A stretch of 64,000 nucleotides of DNA. It comes from Chara braunii. Lineage: Eukaryota; Plantae; Charophyceae. Under the pieces are notes generated by a model. It was not told where the DNA came from, did no database searches, and saw only the letters and a program-made list of their open reading frames with translations. The stretch is taken from the NCBI GenBank assembly GCA_003427395.1, contig BFEA01000035.1, positions 2,322,252-2,386,251 of the forward strand, written 5' to 3'. Both the position numbers and the translations under genes were made by a program. Shown here in pieces: positions 11,538-24,904 of this stretch. Every line of letters begins with the position of its first letter. The stretch's first letter is position 1.

Positions 11538-14500
11538 CCCCCCCCCCCGCCCCCCCAACCTCTACTCCGCATATGAATAACAACCCTAAGTCCGAACACT
11601 AGCCTCAATACCATCAAGTTTATGCATGCTAACAATAATTACCGACGATGAACACTTTGAGATAATTTGGGTTTGCGCGTGACCCGACCTCCCTTTATGC
11701 CCTGGATGGAGAGCCAATTCCCATCGGCGATGTTATTGCTTACCTCTCACTCACTCTACTCGGCTCTATACTCCCCAAAACTCCCCTCCCTCCCCTGTGT
11801 CCCCCTTGCTCCATGCCAGTTTTCCACGTGGAGAGTGATCACGGGCTCAAACAGCATCGGAAAAACACAGGCCTGTCAGATGATTTCCGGGAAACCAAAC
11901 ACAAGGTCCACATGCCATGCATCCATACCGCCTACACTACACCTCATGTACACCACCACACATTAAACACCACAATTCAGCTCTCATTTCCCCGCGCACT
12001 TTTTATTCCGAAAGGGACACGACGTTGTTCCGCTTTTCATTGAATCTCCCAGAACCCTCGTATCCCTGCTTTCTCCATTTTCCAGTCGTATCTTTCAACG
12101 CACACCTGGAACGCAGATGCTAATTGAAATTCCATGTAAGGTTACTGTGACCCTTCGATGATCAGTCCCCCGTCCCTCGTTCACCAGAACCACAGACTTC
12201 AGGTCTGCAGATCGATCCTCCCTGATACCGTTGCAATTCCGCACTCGTGTTCGTTCGACCAAATATAACCACACTCCGCTAACACAGTCACCCCTTTTAG
12301 GAAGAAGCTGCCTGCCTGCCCGCTCCTCGCGTCACACTTGTGTCACGGAGAAAGAGACGCTACGATCGGCGGCCAATCTACCTGTTCCCCTCCCGCTGCC
12401 GTCACATAACACCTGTTGCCACGTGGATGATAGACACTCCCGCGTCTACATCCTCTTCCTCTCACACCCACGCTATACGGCATTCATTATCCGTCTCCAG
12501 CCGGGGCTCATCTCTTCCCATAATTCGTCTTCACAGAGAGGGGGGAGAGAGAGAGAGAGACATTCCCAACTACGCCTCAAGAACAGTCTTGATGCCATGT
12601 CTCAACGCAAAGCCAGTCCTGGAAGAATCCTAGTCCAACCCTCTTGTCACACGCGCCTTCTGTTCGCACGCGCTTCCTTTTCAGATCCCGGTGCCCCAAC
12701 GATCTCCACCAATGCCCGGTATACGATTTGCCAGGGAAGCCCAGAAAAAGAAAGTGGACATAATAAAAAGGGGGTACGAACTGCACTCCATGGCACGCCC
12801 TCCCGCCAATCTTCAAAAGAATTTTAATATCAGCCTCTCTCACGGATGACCATCCCTCTTCTTCAACTCCAGCTGCGGCGGACAGCTGGGTGCCTTCCCA
12901 CTCGCGGCACCGGTGCTCATCCCTACCCCAACTCCAGCTGTCGCAGACAGGTTAGTGCATTTCCACTCGCAGCACTGATTTCCCCGAGTTCACCACGGGA
13001 AGCCACCGTATCCAGTTTTGTGTTATCACTGGGAACACTGTGCCGTCATCCAGAATGAAGATTCCCCGCCAAACCTCCTAGGCGAATGCAGCGGGTTTCT
13101 GAAGCGACATGTCATACTCTCACCCAGTCCGCAACACACTGCGCCAGTCCACTTGGGCCAAGAACGGAAAGCATCGCTCAGACAGCCTGGACGCAAGTAC
13201 ACTACACTCCAAAGCACACCACGAAGGGAAGATTCGTACCGACGAGAGTGTCCGATTGCCACTGGAAAAGTGCGCAGAATTTAACGCCGCACTTCTACGG
13301 GGGAAATTGCCCAGCGTAGCTCCCCTGAGAATTCGATTCCAGAGTGGTCGAGACCGCCAAATTTGCTGACGCGAGTTCACGGGCCGTTCAAGGGTAGAGT
13401 GAGGAAAAAACACTCGTTAAGATTCCATTACATCACACACGTTCAATTCCAAATGCAAGGGACACAAGCCCAAGGGAGAATTCAAAACGAGAGATGGAGA
13501 GTTCACACATTCAGTCCCAAGGACGAGTAACCTCGGTTCGTTAAAAAGCACCCAGCAACACAACCAACCTACCTCGTCAATCTTGCCGAACGTAGTGTCC
13601 CAGGCTCGCAGGAAGACTTCACAAACTGGAGCCCTACGCAGGCCTGACCTGCCCCCGCCAAGCAGGTCCATCCACGTATCAAATGCCCAAGCCCCCGAGA
13701 CGACTGATCGTTCATTTCACAGAGCTTTCCTCTCCAATACCCGGAGAGTACAACCAGTTGTCCAATTCGTCGACCGCCTTCCTTTCCAATACCCGGAGAG
13801 CGCAATGCAGACGTGCAATCCCACGAAGAGTGACAAACGATGGCACAAGCAGGCAGGTCACCCACGTTCGACTGTCATCCCACGGACCGGGCCCTCACCG
13901 GTATAGCTTACACCAAAATTCGAATTAGTGTTGATTTACGACCCCTTATTTTTCCCCTTCAACTTCTCCAGCATGCACATACTTCCCAACGGCTATCAGA
14001 GACAGGCATCAACAACGCCCTTGAACCACCCCCACCCCGATACGGACGGCCTAGCTGCCCTGCTCAACAGCCACATAGCGGCCCTGGCCGCCCAAGGACT
14101 CCAATCAGAAGCACCTTCCGACACCACCTCCCCACCCTCAATCTTACCACACGAACAGAGAATAACGAGCTCAAGCAGCTCCTCCATGATCATATCGAAT
14201 TTCACAAGTTCGCCTCTCGTGCGAAATGCATAGCCCCTCAATTACATCCACTAGCACTAACATACCGCATGAGGAGTTCACGCACATAGATGGGCAAAAA
14301 GTAACACGCTCTTCTATCCTCTTTTCTGACGTCTGCCAATCTCCATCGCTGACCCAACTGAGCTCAATATCTTGTGTCTCTCCTTCCACGCGCTCTGCAG
14401 CCTTCCGTCAGCAGCTAACTACTGTTGGCACTACCTAGACGACGAATAAGTCTGTTCGTCCCTCCCATCATCTGTAAGGGCCTACGACAACTTCTCTCAG

Positions 14501-17500
14501 TCATCACGACCTCCACGACTTGCACCGCTTCCCCATAAGTCTGTCCTTCAAGCCCAACATACCCTCCACGAGTGGAGAAGACGCATTCTACCCTCCAGGA
14601 GCGAAAACAAACAATGCATTCTACCCTCCAGGAGTGGAAATACTGCGTTCGAAATCGATTTGTCCAATCTGCTGGGCAAACAGGAGTGACTACGACTTCT
14701 CCAGCAACTAGCATAGCGGTAGCACCGGAAATTGGCAATCTCTCGTTCTAACAGGACGCTAGCAGCTAGCAATAGCAATTGACGAGGAATCAACCGATGG
14801 CAACCAAGTGCAGCACTAAATAACAGCAGCCCTGGCATCCCCTACTCCTTGAAAAGGAAACAACAAGAGTTTCCCGCCAGACTTACTTAAAGCAGCTTGA
14901 TGTATTCGTCCCCGCTCTCAACAGCATACCGCGTTTCCGACAACATCAGCATCATTTCCCCACAGCGTCGTTAGCTCCAACACGATCATGCATCGACAGG
15001 TTTTTGAGGAGACGCTCGCCACCACAGGTAATCCGAGTCAACGAATGGGGCACAGCGACACTGTTGGGAGAACAAAAGAAAAAGAAAAAGACAATCCACA
15101 TTGTCAATACGACTTCGCAAGCCCTGGCACGCACGCACCGAGCAGTTCAGACGGTTCAGAACTGGCCCTTTCTCCCGTCCGCGCTGTCCCTCCCTCAAAA
15201 GTTAATCACAACGGACTGACTGTAAACCTCTCTCGAGTAGACCCCCGAATTCTGGATGACGAGTTAGACTGGCCTCCGCACAACTTCATCAACCTAAGCC
15301 CGCAATGCCATCGGCTTATTGACCGACAAGACGCCATTATTCCTCAAACATCCGCCGCGCCAACAGTCCGCAGCAACTACCCTTCTTCCGCTGGAATCTC
15401 CGACTCTGCCACCAAAGACCAAGAACCGACATTCCTACCTGGAGCACCTCACCAGAGCTACAGCCACAGCCTCTTTTTTTATTAGACAACCGCACACGAC
15501 ACCAGAACCCGACCAAGGGATCACCCTGTCAAACATCAAACCAGGTCATCCCCCATGTCCTCGAGCAGAATCAAGACCACCACCACTTCCTCAGGACACT
15601 GTTTGACCACAGGGGGACTGCTTCAAGAGAGACCGACCGCAAGGAAGGCGGGGCAATAGAATCTTCTTCGAAAACGACGTTTGTCTGAGCTAATAATACG
15701 GCCGACTGCTTCTCGTTGTGCGCACTCAGAACGGCCGGCTCAAACTCCCAAAGGAGGACGTGGCGGGCACCGAATGGCGTTGCCGAAGCCATCTCCATCG
15801 GATACAACCTACAAGCACCTAATAAATTTCACACCCATACACTCTCCCGGTCAGGTCCTCACGGACGACGATTTGAAGGGCCCGAAGCGAACACAACACT
15901 TCCGAAGGAAAAGAAGCAAGCTTCCATTCCCGCGCCCATTCACAAAGAGAGATGCGGCGCGCAATGGAAACACGAATTCACGAGACCTCTGCACAGTCGT
16001 GCCCTTCCGGCGCGAAAGCCACATCGGACTCGCTGAAGCCTGGGCAAATAACGGATTGCACTCGTCACGACTGAAGTTCTCCTCCGTAAAGACGAGGCGT
16101 TCCACTTCATAATGCAGTGAAGTACACTACTCAAATACGACCATCCAGCATATCACGAACGATTTGAGAGGGACAAGGCAGATTAGAAGGAACAGACGGG
16201 CAACAGCAAGAATAGCAAGCTAGCCATGCTTGCGGACTGCAAGAAGACATCGCGAAAAGATCATTGGATACTCGAGACACCCCTCTCGAGCGGCCAGTAC
16301 TATATGCTTGCGGAGTGCCAGACACTCACAAGACGTCCGAGTAAGACGGTGAGACACGCCAATCACACACACGAAAGTCGGCGATCAAATCCGATTCCCT
16401 GCTGCTGCTGCTGCTGCGAGTTCGGAACCAATCCACCTCATTGCGTTCCCGCCGGCACGGACGAAAACGTTCAACATTCGCGCTTGAAGAGTGGGCGTCT
16501 TCGCAAGAACCAGCAAAAAGCCGGTAATTGAGAGAAACCTCACTCACAGAAACTATCGTGATCCTCACCAACTGGTAATGCCCCACAAGATGCTGTCCAC
16601 AAGAAAAAACTTCCAGAACACGCAAGGACAGACTCAAGAAGGGCAGCTCCTGTCTATCCCCGACCCGATGTTGTCACCGCGCAACTCTCTCTCTTCCCCT
16701 CTCTCTCTCTATGAATGTGCGTACGCGTGCTTCAGAGTCAGGCGTCGAGGACATGCGTCACACGTAATCCGCAAGGCCTCAACCACGCCGCACCAAGAAA
16801 CCACGGCGTGCAATATGATCAACCAAAAAACAGGGGAGCACTGAGAGGAGACAGAGAACATGCAGGCAACTGGAATTCTCTTCAAAAAGTGAAAATAGAA
16901 CTCCAACAGCAGACACACGCACGGCATTACGACAAGTGATTCCAGCAGCAGACACATATCGGGACTTGACTGCTTTCACCTGGCAGAAGCCACGCGGCAG
17001 CTCAAAAGATTGTTTCACTTATCGAATGATGGCTCGTACCGGAGCGCGCAATGCGCATCGAGTTGACACTGAATTCCCCATGCCATGACACAAATTCGAC
17101 CGTACACAAGTTCAAAGGTCACGTGTACTGCACCAATCAATCCAAGTTATATATTGTATGTGGCCGGTGAAAACAGGCAAAATAGCACAGCATCTATATA
17201 TACTCATATATGCGAAGCAGACAACAAAGAGGAGAGAGGAGTGAGGAGTGAGCACGACAGTGACATGCCAAGCACGTGTCTGACACAGAGGCACCTCGCA
17301 AGCACAGCTGCATGTATTAGCAGAAGAGGCGAGAAGAGGCTGGCAGCCTCTGTCACAAACGGGCGAGACCTACTCGGACACGAGTTTAACATTGCTATGT
17401 CAGACAAGCTTGTCACGTGTCAAACGAGCGAGTAACATCGTCTAGCTCCCAGTGCTTGACATTCCTCCCGCTGAAATGCCTTGCGAATTCGCCTGTTAAA

Positions 17501-18930
17501 ACGAACGAGCCAAACCGGCGAGCCACCAGGCGAGTGGGTGGAATGGAAACAAACGTGAATGAATTCTCCAGCACACAGACAAGGAAGCGGTTGAAAGCTA
17601 GCTAGCAAGCAGCGAGGAATATAAGCTGCTGTCTGCGAGGTCACCGCCAGCGAACGTAGGGCAAATATTCGATTGAAAAAGACCGCGAATAAGAGAAAAT
17701 GAACCGACATTGGCAAGGGAATAGATGGACTGAAATGGAATGTCGACAGCAGGTAAAGAATAATAACGTATCGATCAGACAGTTATTTGATAAGACGTAA
17801 AAAGAAACTGAATTGAGGAGAACAAATTTCAGATACGTTAACGAATTTATCAAGCGAAGCGACTCATTTATCGGCATGGTGGGGGAAGACGGAGAAGAGG
17901 GGGCCGGTCTCCGGTGTGTCCATTACTACACCTACATACTGCTTGATACCCCTTCACCTAATACCCCACTCGGCGTACAAATAACAACTACGTAGAAAAT
18001 AAACGAAAACAGCAGACTGGAGATAAAAGCTCAGCTCAGCACAGCAAAGAAAAGAAAAGAAAAGACTGCTGGGCGGAAGAGATCAACGAGTGGCAGGCAC
18101 ATAAGGAATTCGGCGGCGACGGGAATGGACCAGCGGGACAGACGTGGGAAAGTTACTACAAGCAACTCTCCAATTTCATTGTTCCTTTTCGGTAAACAAG
18201 AGTTTATAGACTCGTACGCCACAAACGACCCAGCGACATTACCTAAGATAGCAGCACCGAGCAACCACACTCTCGCCCTCTTCCTCAATCGAGGCAGGCT
18301 TTCTTCTCCGCTCCCCACACAATGTCAGTACCCTCCACATTCACTCTTATCATCAGCGTGCGTCCCCCATCTTGCTTGCGAAACTGCTTCCAGGTCGTAA
18401 CGAAATGAGAGGACGCGATCAGAAAAACGTGTTCGAAAACACCTTCAGCAGGGCACCCCCGTTCTTGTCCTCTATTCAATCCGGCAACCTTAAAAGAATA
18501 GAGTAAATCTTGAGTGATACGTAATTGAAAGAACACACGCCCGGACAACGACAGGGAGAGCCCGACCGGTTGTAGCAGTAGCGACCATAAGAAATAAAGA
18601 GCTAGCAGGCGAGCGAGCCGACGTATGGCGAACCCTCGAGCGCACGAGTTGGCACACGAGTAAGGGACATGAACATGGGGAAAGCAAGTACCATTTAGCT
18701 GCCGCTTGCCGCTGACCTAAAACAAAAGATATCAGCGCAGAGACAAGGGTAAATCTGCAAGAGAGAGGACCAACCTTCGAGGAAACTCGTAGAGTCACAC
18801 GAGACCACACCTTATACAGTGTTCCAATTTTCCGAGTCGTCAAGATAGCAGAACACTATTCTCCTCGTGCCCACTTCTCTGGAGTCTGGCGACGATTCGA
18901 ACAGCCACTCCTGCTTCATGCCGTCCCGAA

Positions 18931-18934
<4 letters not shown>

Positions 18935-19000
<66 letters not shown>
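18935..19000. repeat. (CT)n microsatellite
   Basis: Seen directly; ~180 bp past the stop codon of the TPX2-like gene. Confidence 0.97.
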
Positions 19001-19004
<4 letters not shown>

Positions 19005-19180
19005 GCACACACGCACACACACTCCACCGTCTCTTCCCTCCCACACACGCACACCCTCTCCCGCAATTCTTTCCCGCCCCCTCCCCACAAGCTTGAAATT
19101 ACAACTGATCACAGCATCACCTTCCCTTGCCTCCGGCTGCTGCAGCTCTACTTCGTCGATGTCGCATATTAACAAAATTT

Positions 19181-21019
19181 CTACGAGGAAGCGGAAATTT
19201 CTGCTGCTGCTTGCGGTTGAGGCATTTCGACCGCGGTTCCGACGGACACCTCCTCTCTCAAACCGCCGCCATTCTCACTCTGGCCGGAAACCGGGTCATT
19301 CGCTTGATTGCGATAATCTGAGGAATCGTCCGAAGGGGTATTACTATCGCCCCCATTGGACAGAGTTCCCCCAACGCCATCAGAGCTTGACATGGACGCA
19401 TTCGCAGACTTTGATTTCGTAAGCACCACCCCTCGCCTACCAGCCCCCTTCTTTGCATCGCTCCCGCCATATCTATCATTCCCAGTACGTGTGCCTTCCG
19501 TTCTCGTTTTAATCCTGGTAAGCTTCGGCGACGCCGTTCGAGCGCCCCCCCCTCCTCCTCCATGCAAAATCTTCCCTTCCATCGAGGACCTCCTGTCTAC
19601 CGCTGATCCCCCCCCTTCCTTGGTATTCTCCTTCTCTTCCAACTGCATTTGAAACTCCCTCCTTTTTTCCGCTCTTACCGTCGACGCAAACTGAAACGTC
19701 TTCGCGTGTGTCGGAGGAACGGCCGACCTGTGGGGCACGAACGGTGTGGCAGCCGCCACCGGCTGCGCGCGAAACGTTCTTTGCCTCTCCTCTTCAGATT
19801 TCTTCGCATGGACTTCTGCCTTCAATTTCTCCATCGCTGCTTCGTGCCGCCTGACACTCTCCAACTTGAACGGACACGGCGCTGTCGCGGGTTTCGGACT
19901 CGGCTTCGGCGGCACTTTCGGGGCTTTCAGCGACGACGGCAAATGCCCTGCCGACGGCTGGTTCGGCTTTTTCTCCATCTCCGCGGGAGGGGAGCTCACC
20001 GGTCGCCCGCCCGTCGACGCTCTCCGGTCGGTTGCGAAGTGAAAAGGCACCGGCACGGTGTGCAAACCCGGCCCCCGTAAGCCGCCAACCACGGCATGGC
20101 TACTTTGCTGCTGAGGATGATGAGCGCGAGGAATCGACGAGCCGGAATTGGCAGACGGCAACTCTCCGCTACCCTGCTGGCCACCTGGAGAGCCCGAACC
20201 CCCTTCATCTCCTCGCTCCGCCCTCTTCATTTTCCCAAGAGCCGCGGAATCTGCGCTCGAAGCCAGCTTCCCCGATCTCTTCGACATCGCGTGCAGCGAC
20301 GAAGCAGACGCAGAAGCCCCCGGGGCTCGATCTGAGCCCAACGCTTTCGGACTGCGTTCCCCCTGCCCGCTGCTCCCGTTCGCATGAATTGGGAAATCGC
20401 CGAAGCTCCTCCTCCCCTTCACACGCACCGTCCCATTCGCCTGCAGGACTTGCTTCGAGTTATTGTCGCGACCGATCCCCGCGCCAGATTTCGTCCCACC
20501 GTATTTCCCGAGCCGACTTCCGCTAGCGGATGCGCCTTCGCGATCGCGAATCGGAGGAGATCTTCTGTCTTTCGATCCTCCAAGGCTTGCCGCTGCGGCG
20601 TCGGTTCCCGCCGAGTTCGGGTCTCGCCGACCAGCAGCAGCCGCGGAGCTCACATTCTTCGAGCTCGAAACGTTTTTAAGCCCGGCAGACGATTTTCCAG
20701 ACGTCGCCGAAGAGAAGCCGGGGGAGCGAGATGGTTGCCGTCGACCTGAAGGTGGCGACGGGCTTTTCTTTCGGGTGCCGCTGTCAGAGACTGGCTGCGG
20801 CTCCGTCGCCGCCGCTGATGATCCGCTGTCACTCGCCAGTGCCACCTTGTCGCTCTCCTCCGCCACTCTCGTTGCGCTATTGCTGATGTGGGCGTGCTGT
20901 TGCTGATCGTCTGCACTGTTCTCGTCGGCAATAGAGAATCCAGAAGCAGCTCCCTGAAGCATCACAGAGTCGAGCTTACTCTCATACATGGCCATGGAGT
21001 TGTTACCACTTGGTGCCAT
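19181..21019 (-). CDS. TPX2/WVD2-like microtubule-associated protein, 612 aa, single coding exon
   Basis: Longest ORF in the window; Ser/Gly-rich disordered N-terminus followed by TPX2-family motifs TVPVPFHFATDRRA, TAPCPFKLESVRRHE, FRAQPV, PFVPHRSAVPPT..KTFQFASTVRAEKRREF. An in-frame TAA lies 14 codons upstream of the ATG. Confidence 0.85.
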   Translation of the reverse strand: MAPSGNNSMAMYESKLDSVMLQGAASGFSIADENSADDQQQHAHISNSATRVAEESDKVALASDSGSSAAATEPQPVSDSGTRKKSPSPPSGRRQPSRSPGFSSATSGKSSAGLKNVSSSKNVSSAAAAGRRDPNSAGTDAAAASLGGSKDRRSPPIRDREGASASGSRLGKYGGTKSGAGIGRDNNSKQVLQANGTVRVKGRRSFGDFPIHANGSSGQGERSPKALGSDRAPGASASASSLHAMSKRSGKLASSADSAALGKMKRAERGDEGGSGSPGGQQGSGELPSANSGSSIPRAHHPQQQSSHAVVGGLRGPGLHTVPVPFHFATDRRASTGGRPVSSPPAEMEKKPNQPSAGHLPSSLKAPKVPPKPSPKPATAPCPFKLESVRRHEAAMEKLKAEVHAKKSEEERQRTFRAQPVAAATPFVPHRSAVPPTHAKTFQFASTVRAEKRREFQMQLEEKENTKEGGGSAVDRRSSMEGKILHGGGGGGARTASPKLTRIKTRTEGTRTGNDRYGGSDAKKGAGRRGVVLTKSKSANASMSSSDGVGGTLSNGGDSNTPSDDSSDYRNQANDPVSGQSENGGGLREEVSVGTAVEMPQPQAAAEISASS

Positions 21020-22810
21020 CTGCGATTCACCACCTGCAACAACAGCGTCGCCACCAGCTTAAACTCCTAGCTCAGCTTCCATACCTCCCTCCTCTTCTTC
21101 GCCTCGTTCGCCTCCTTCCTCTCTGAGGTACTTCCTCGCAGGTGTCGTAGAGTGGTAACAATGCCGCCGGCACCTTGGCGACCCGCCTTCACGATTCAAC
21201 CAAAGCGAAGCAAAGACAAGGACGCTGATCCTGCTGCTGCCGACGCAGCTACCCTCGCTCTCGGCAAGGCAGCACAGGTCACCAGAATTTCCGTGTACAC
21301 TCTTGCGTACGGACACGCGCCTTCCGCTTGGAGAGGCAAACCCTCCGACCAGCAAAAGAGGGAAGATCTCTTCGAGCTTGTTCTTCTCGACAGGAAACGT
21401 GCCAGGTTACCCTACATAGGGCGCAGCAGTCACCTTCTCAAATACAGGTCATGCCTCCCTTTTGCTCCTCGCTTTCTCTCCCTTACCACCTCTTACCTTC
21501 TTCGTCCACTCTTCCTACAGTAGCGCTACCGCCTATTCTCGGCAATTCCCTGCACACCTTGCCCTCCTTCCTCGGTTCAGAGACCGCGCCCCTCCTTTCT
21601 TCACCAAACAGTCGACCAACCAACCCAATGCAAAATCTCCTCTTCCTCCTCGGGTGCCAGTTCAGTCGATAATTAGACCTGCGAGTAACTTGAGTAGCAG
21701 CAAGACAAGCAAGACAAACGAGGAGCGAAGAATGAAACGGACAATGACGAAAGAGGCAGAGGCACGACACATAGAGAAAGAGAGAGAGAGAGTGCGAATG
21801 CGCGACGTCGATGGCCGTCTACCCGCGGAGGAAGAGGTGGCGTGGGAGGAGAAGTAGCGGCAAGAAAGGGAGAACGGGGGAACGCCGTGAGGGTGTCCCA
21901 CCGCAGGCAGCGGATTCTTCGCGCGGCTGCGAAGGCGTAGCCAGGCCAAGCCAGGCAGTGACACGGCAGGTAACTGGACTGACAACCAGCGAACCTGCTG
22001 CGCCTGGCCCCACCCGCGTTTCTCACGCCAACCTGTTTCTTTTGTCCAGGTAGTAATTGCACCTTCGCGAACCACACCTCAAGACGCCTCAGAGCACACT
22101 CACAACACGATATGCGTGGAGCACCTGGTCACTTTAACGATAATATTCAGTCTCGGTGTTTATGAGTGCGCCCTCAGCTACTTTGTCTGCTGTCTCGTCG
22201 AGACACAAAAATCTGAGACGCACGCACTGTTCCGCCCGCCCTCAGCTATTTCCTTTTCCCGCCTTGGCGCTCTGTGGGGTAGGGACGTCTGCCTGAAGTT
22301 GCTGCTTGCAGCAACCAGCAGTGTGATGTAGTGGCCCTCGTGTGCAGACGGTAAGGTAGCCGCTTCAAACGCCCATCGACAACAGAACAAGAAAGACAAA
22401 CACTCCTACCTGTTGTGGACGCACCTTCTGGTTGACCTATTTACCCATCCCTCTAAAGAACCCCTTCTCTATATATAAATGAAATGCGCTCTCCTGGACC
22501 TGGACTGGACATGACAGGGGCTAGGCTACCCATCTTTCCCGTGCACACAAGACGTCTTTCAGGTTCGATACCATCATGAGGGTGCCTTCTGTCTGGGGGA
22601 AGACGGTAGGAGTTACATACACGACCTCCCGCCGGCGGGCTGGTCCTGCCCCTCCTCGGTGTCAAGGTCGCTCGCGCGCAAAAACCGTACAGCTTTCCGC
22701 CGGAGACGCCGTTTCCCGCCTGTACAGTAACGTCGGTCTTTTTCACTTTTGAAAATTTGCCTAGCGTCTGATTGATTCAGAACTCATGACATTTTTTTTT
22801 TTTTTAGAGA

Positions 22811-22939
22811 ATACTCACACTAGGCCCTGAAAATCACAAAATCGTAAAATGAGCGGCCAGATGCAGTAGTTCCTTTGCAAGGTCTCAATCTGGCCGCTCA
22901 TCCTGTGATTTTCCGATTAGGGCCTAGTGTTGTGAGTAT
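22811..22939. repeat. Foldback inverted repeat (MITE-like or hairpin RNA)
   Basis: Nested arms ATACTCACA/TGTGAGTAT, ACACTAGGCCCT/AGGGCCTAGTGT, GAAAATCACA/TGTGATTTTC and ATGAGCGGCCAGAT(22849-62)/ATCTGGCCGCTCAT(22888-901). Confidence 0.9.
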
Positions 22940-23318
22940 GGCCTTACTAAACTAAAACAAACAGTTACATGTGTGTACGATTCAATCAGACGGGCTCGTT
23001 GCAGCGGCGGTCTTTTCAAAGAACCAAGAAGGATCCCGCGTTTTATGAAACGTGGAGAAGACCCCGCGTTCCAGAGGTGGCGTGACACGACCGCGGGATT
23101 CGATCCGCTTCCTTGCCCCCTAAACGGACTCGTTCCATACCCTTTCCTTGACCCTTTTCTTTTCTGCCTCTCCTTCGTTTCTCTTACCGTTCACCGCTAC
23201 GTTTTTTTTGTTTCCCACATCAACAACCAAACAAATCGAGGGCTGTGTCCCACTGGAACGACGATAGACCATGACAGTTTTTGAGAGCGCGTGGTGGGTC
23301 CCTGCTGTCCGCTGATCT

Positions 23319-23438
23319 GAAAATCTCACTGTCGTACCGTATGGCCACGTTGAAAAACACTCAATCAAATCAAAAACTAACGAAAATCTCACCGTCGTAC
23401 TGTATGGCCACGTTGAAATACTCAAATAAAAAACTAAC
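23319..23438. repeat. ~63-bp tandem duplication
   Basis: GAAAATCTCAC.GTCGTAC.GTATGGCCACGTTGAAA..ACTCAA..AAAAACTAAC twice. Confidence 0.9.
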
Positions 23439-24904
23439 CTATCCTCGTGCTACAGCACTGGGGCATGGCACTGGGAAATGGCACCAGGGACCTCACAATT
23501 CATCACCCCTGAAAGCTGATATGCGACACTTCGGATGGAGAGCCAGAAGGATCTTGAGTAGTTGGTCCCTGCAGGGGACTTAAACCCCCGTCCCCTTCAG
23601 ACATCGGTTTTCTTTTCTTCTCCCGGCCCCTCCCGGCCCCGTTTCAGCCAATTTCAGCCCTTTGCATTCAGCCAGTACTTGGCCCAGCTATGGATGCCGA
23701 GCCTGAAAACGGGCTGCACGCCGTTTCGCACCAACCCGCCAGCGCAACAAGAAAAACTTGTTTTAGCTGGCAATGCCAGCCTTTGAGGGCTGGTACCCCG
23801 AGAGGGGCGATACCCCGAGCCTCTGGAAGTTGCGGGGCGTTAACGGCAATGCCCTGCGGCCGATGTATGGGCCAAGTACTGGTGGTTTAAACCGCTAGTA
23901 CACAGCCACAGCCTTGCTGAAAAGAAACTCACCACCTACCCCTTTTTTGTTTTTAGTGTTCTCCCTTTCTAGCCTTTTTTTTTTTTTTTTTCGGTTTCCC
24001 CCATTCTCGCCGTCTTACGCCATTACTACCCCGTCCCTACCCGTTCCCTAGCCACGCCCCGCGGGCCCCCCCCGCCGTTCCTCAACAGGAAACACAAACC
24101 ACCGGCCCCCACAAATATTGAACAACCTCCACAATACTCCGCTGGTTGCCCAGCCTCCAAGCCCTCGCACAACCACCTCGACGACCGGTAGGTGTCGTGA
24201 TAACGACCCCCCAGTCTCGTGTAACTCTCCATGCTCGTCGACATGCAAGACGCGAAAACCCTGCTAAACAACAAAACACAATCGGAGTAAGCGCAGCCTT
24301 CTGGCTGCAAACTGAGTGTGTAACTCAATTTTAATATTTGCAGCCTCATCATACTTGTTCACACATTCAGTGTGTTAATAAAAAAAAATATGTCGAACTC
24401 TATCTCAGCCAAACAGGCCTCAGTACCTTAGTTGGTCCACGCATGACACATGAACTATTCAAATATTAGACCTGCGTTCAAATTTGATCGCAAACAGAAC
24501 CAACTTCAACCAAGTAATTCTGAATTAGCTGCAATCTGTCATGAGGTCGGTGATATAGAGGTAGGAAAACAAAAAATTGCAAAAAGAGTTCCAAATTGCA
24601 GCAACCAGCAAAAAATCACGAAAAAAAAATATAAAATTTTGACGAGTTGCCCGGGTGTAAATTTATGGGAGAACTACAATCGGATGAACAAATTACGAAT
24701 TGTTGAAGATTTCGCAAAAAAAAGAAAGTCTAAGGAACATAAAGGAATAAATTTAAAAGAACGCAAACACTAAAAAAAATAAAAATCACTGAGAAATTGC
24801 AAATTTCGAGGAAATCAATTGTGCGCAAAAGGATTTATGACAATAAATTTCATTCAAAATATACAATGACAAGAAAAAAAAAAGACGTCGTATTTTCAAG
24901 AAAA

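Noticed and set aside
19258-20931. Many overlapping ORFs within the TPX2-like gene
   Set aside because: GC-rich alternative-frame artefacts.
23562-23595. tRNA-like 3' end on the minus strand (GGGGTTTAAGTCCCCTGCAGGGACCA)
   Set aside because: No matching acceptor 5' strand, D-arm or anticodon arm.
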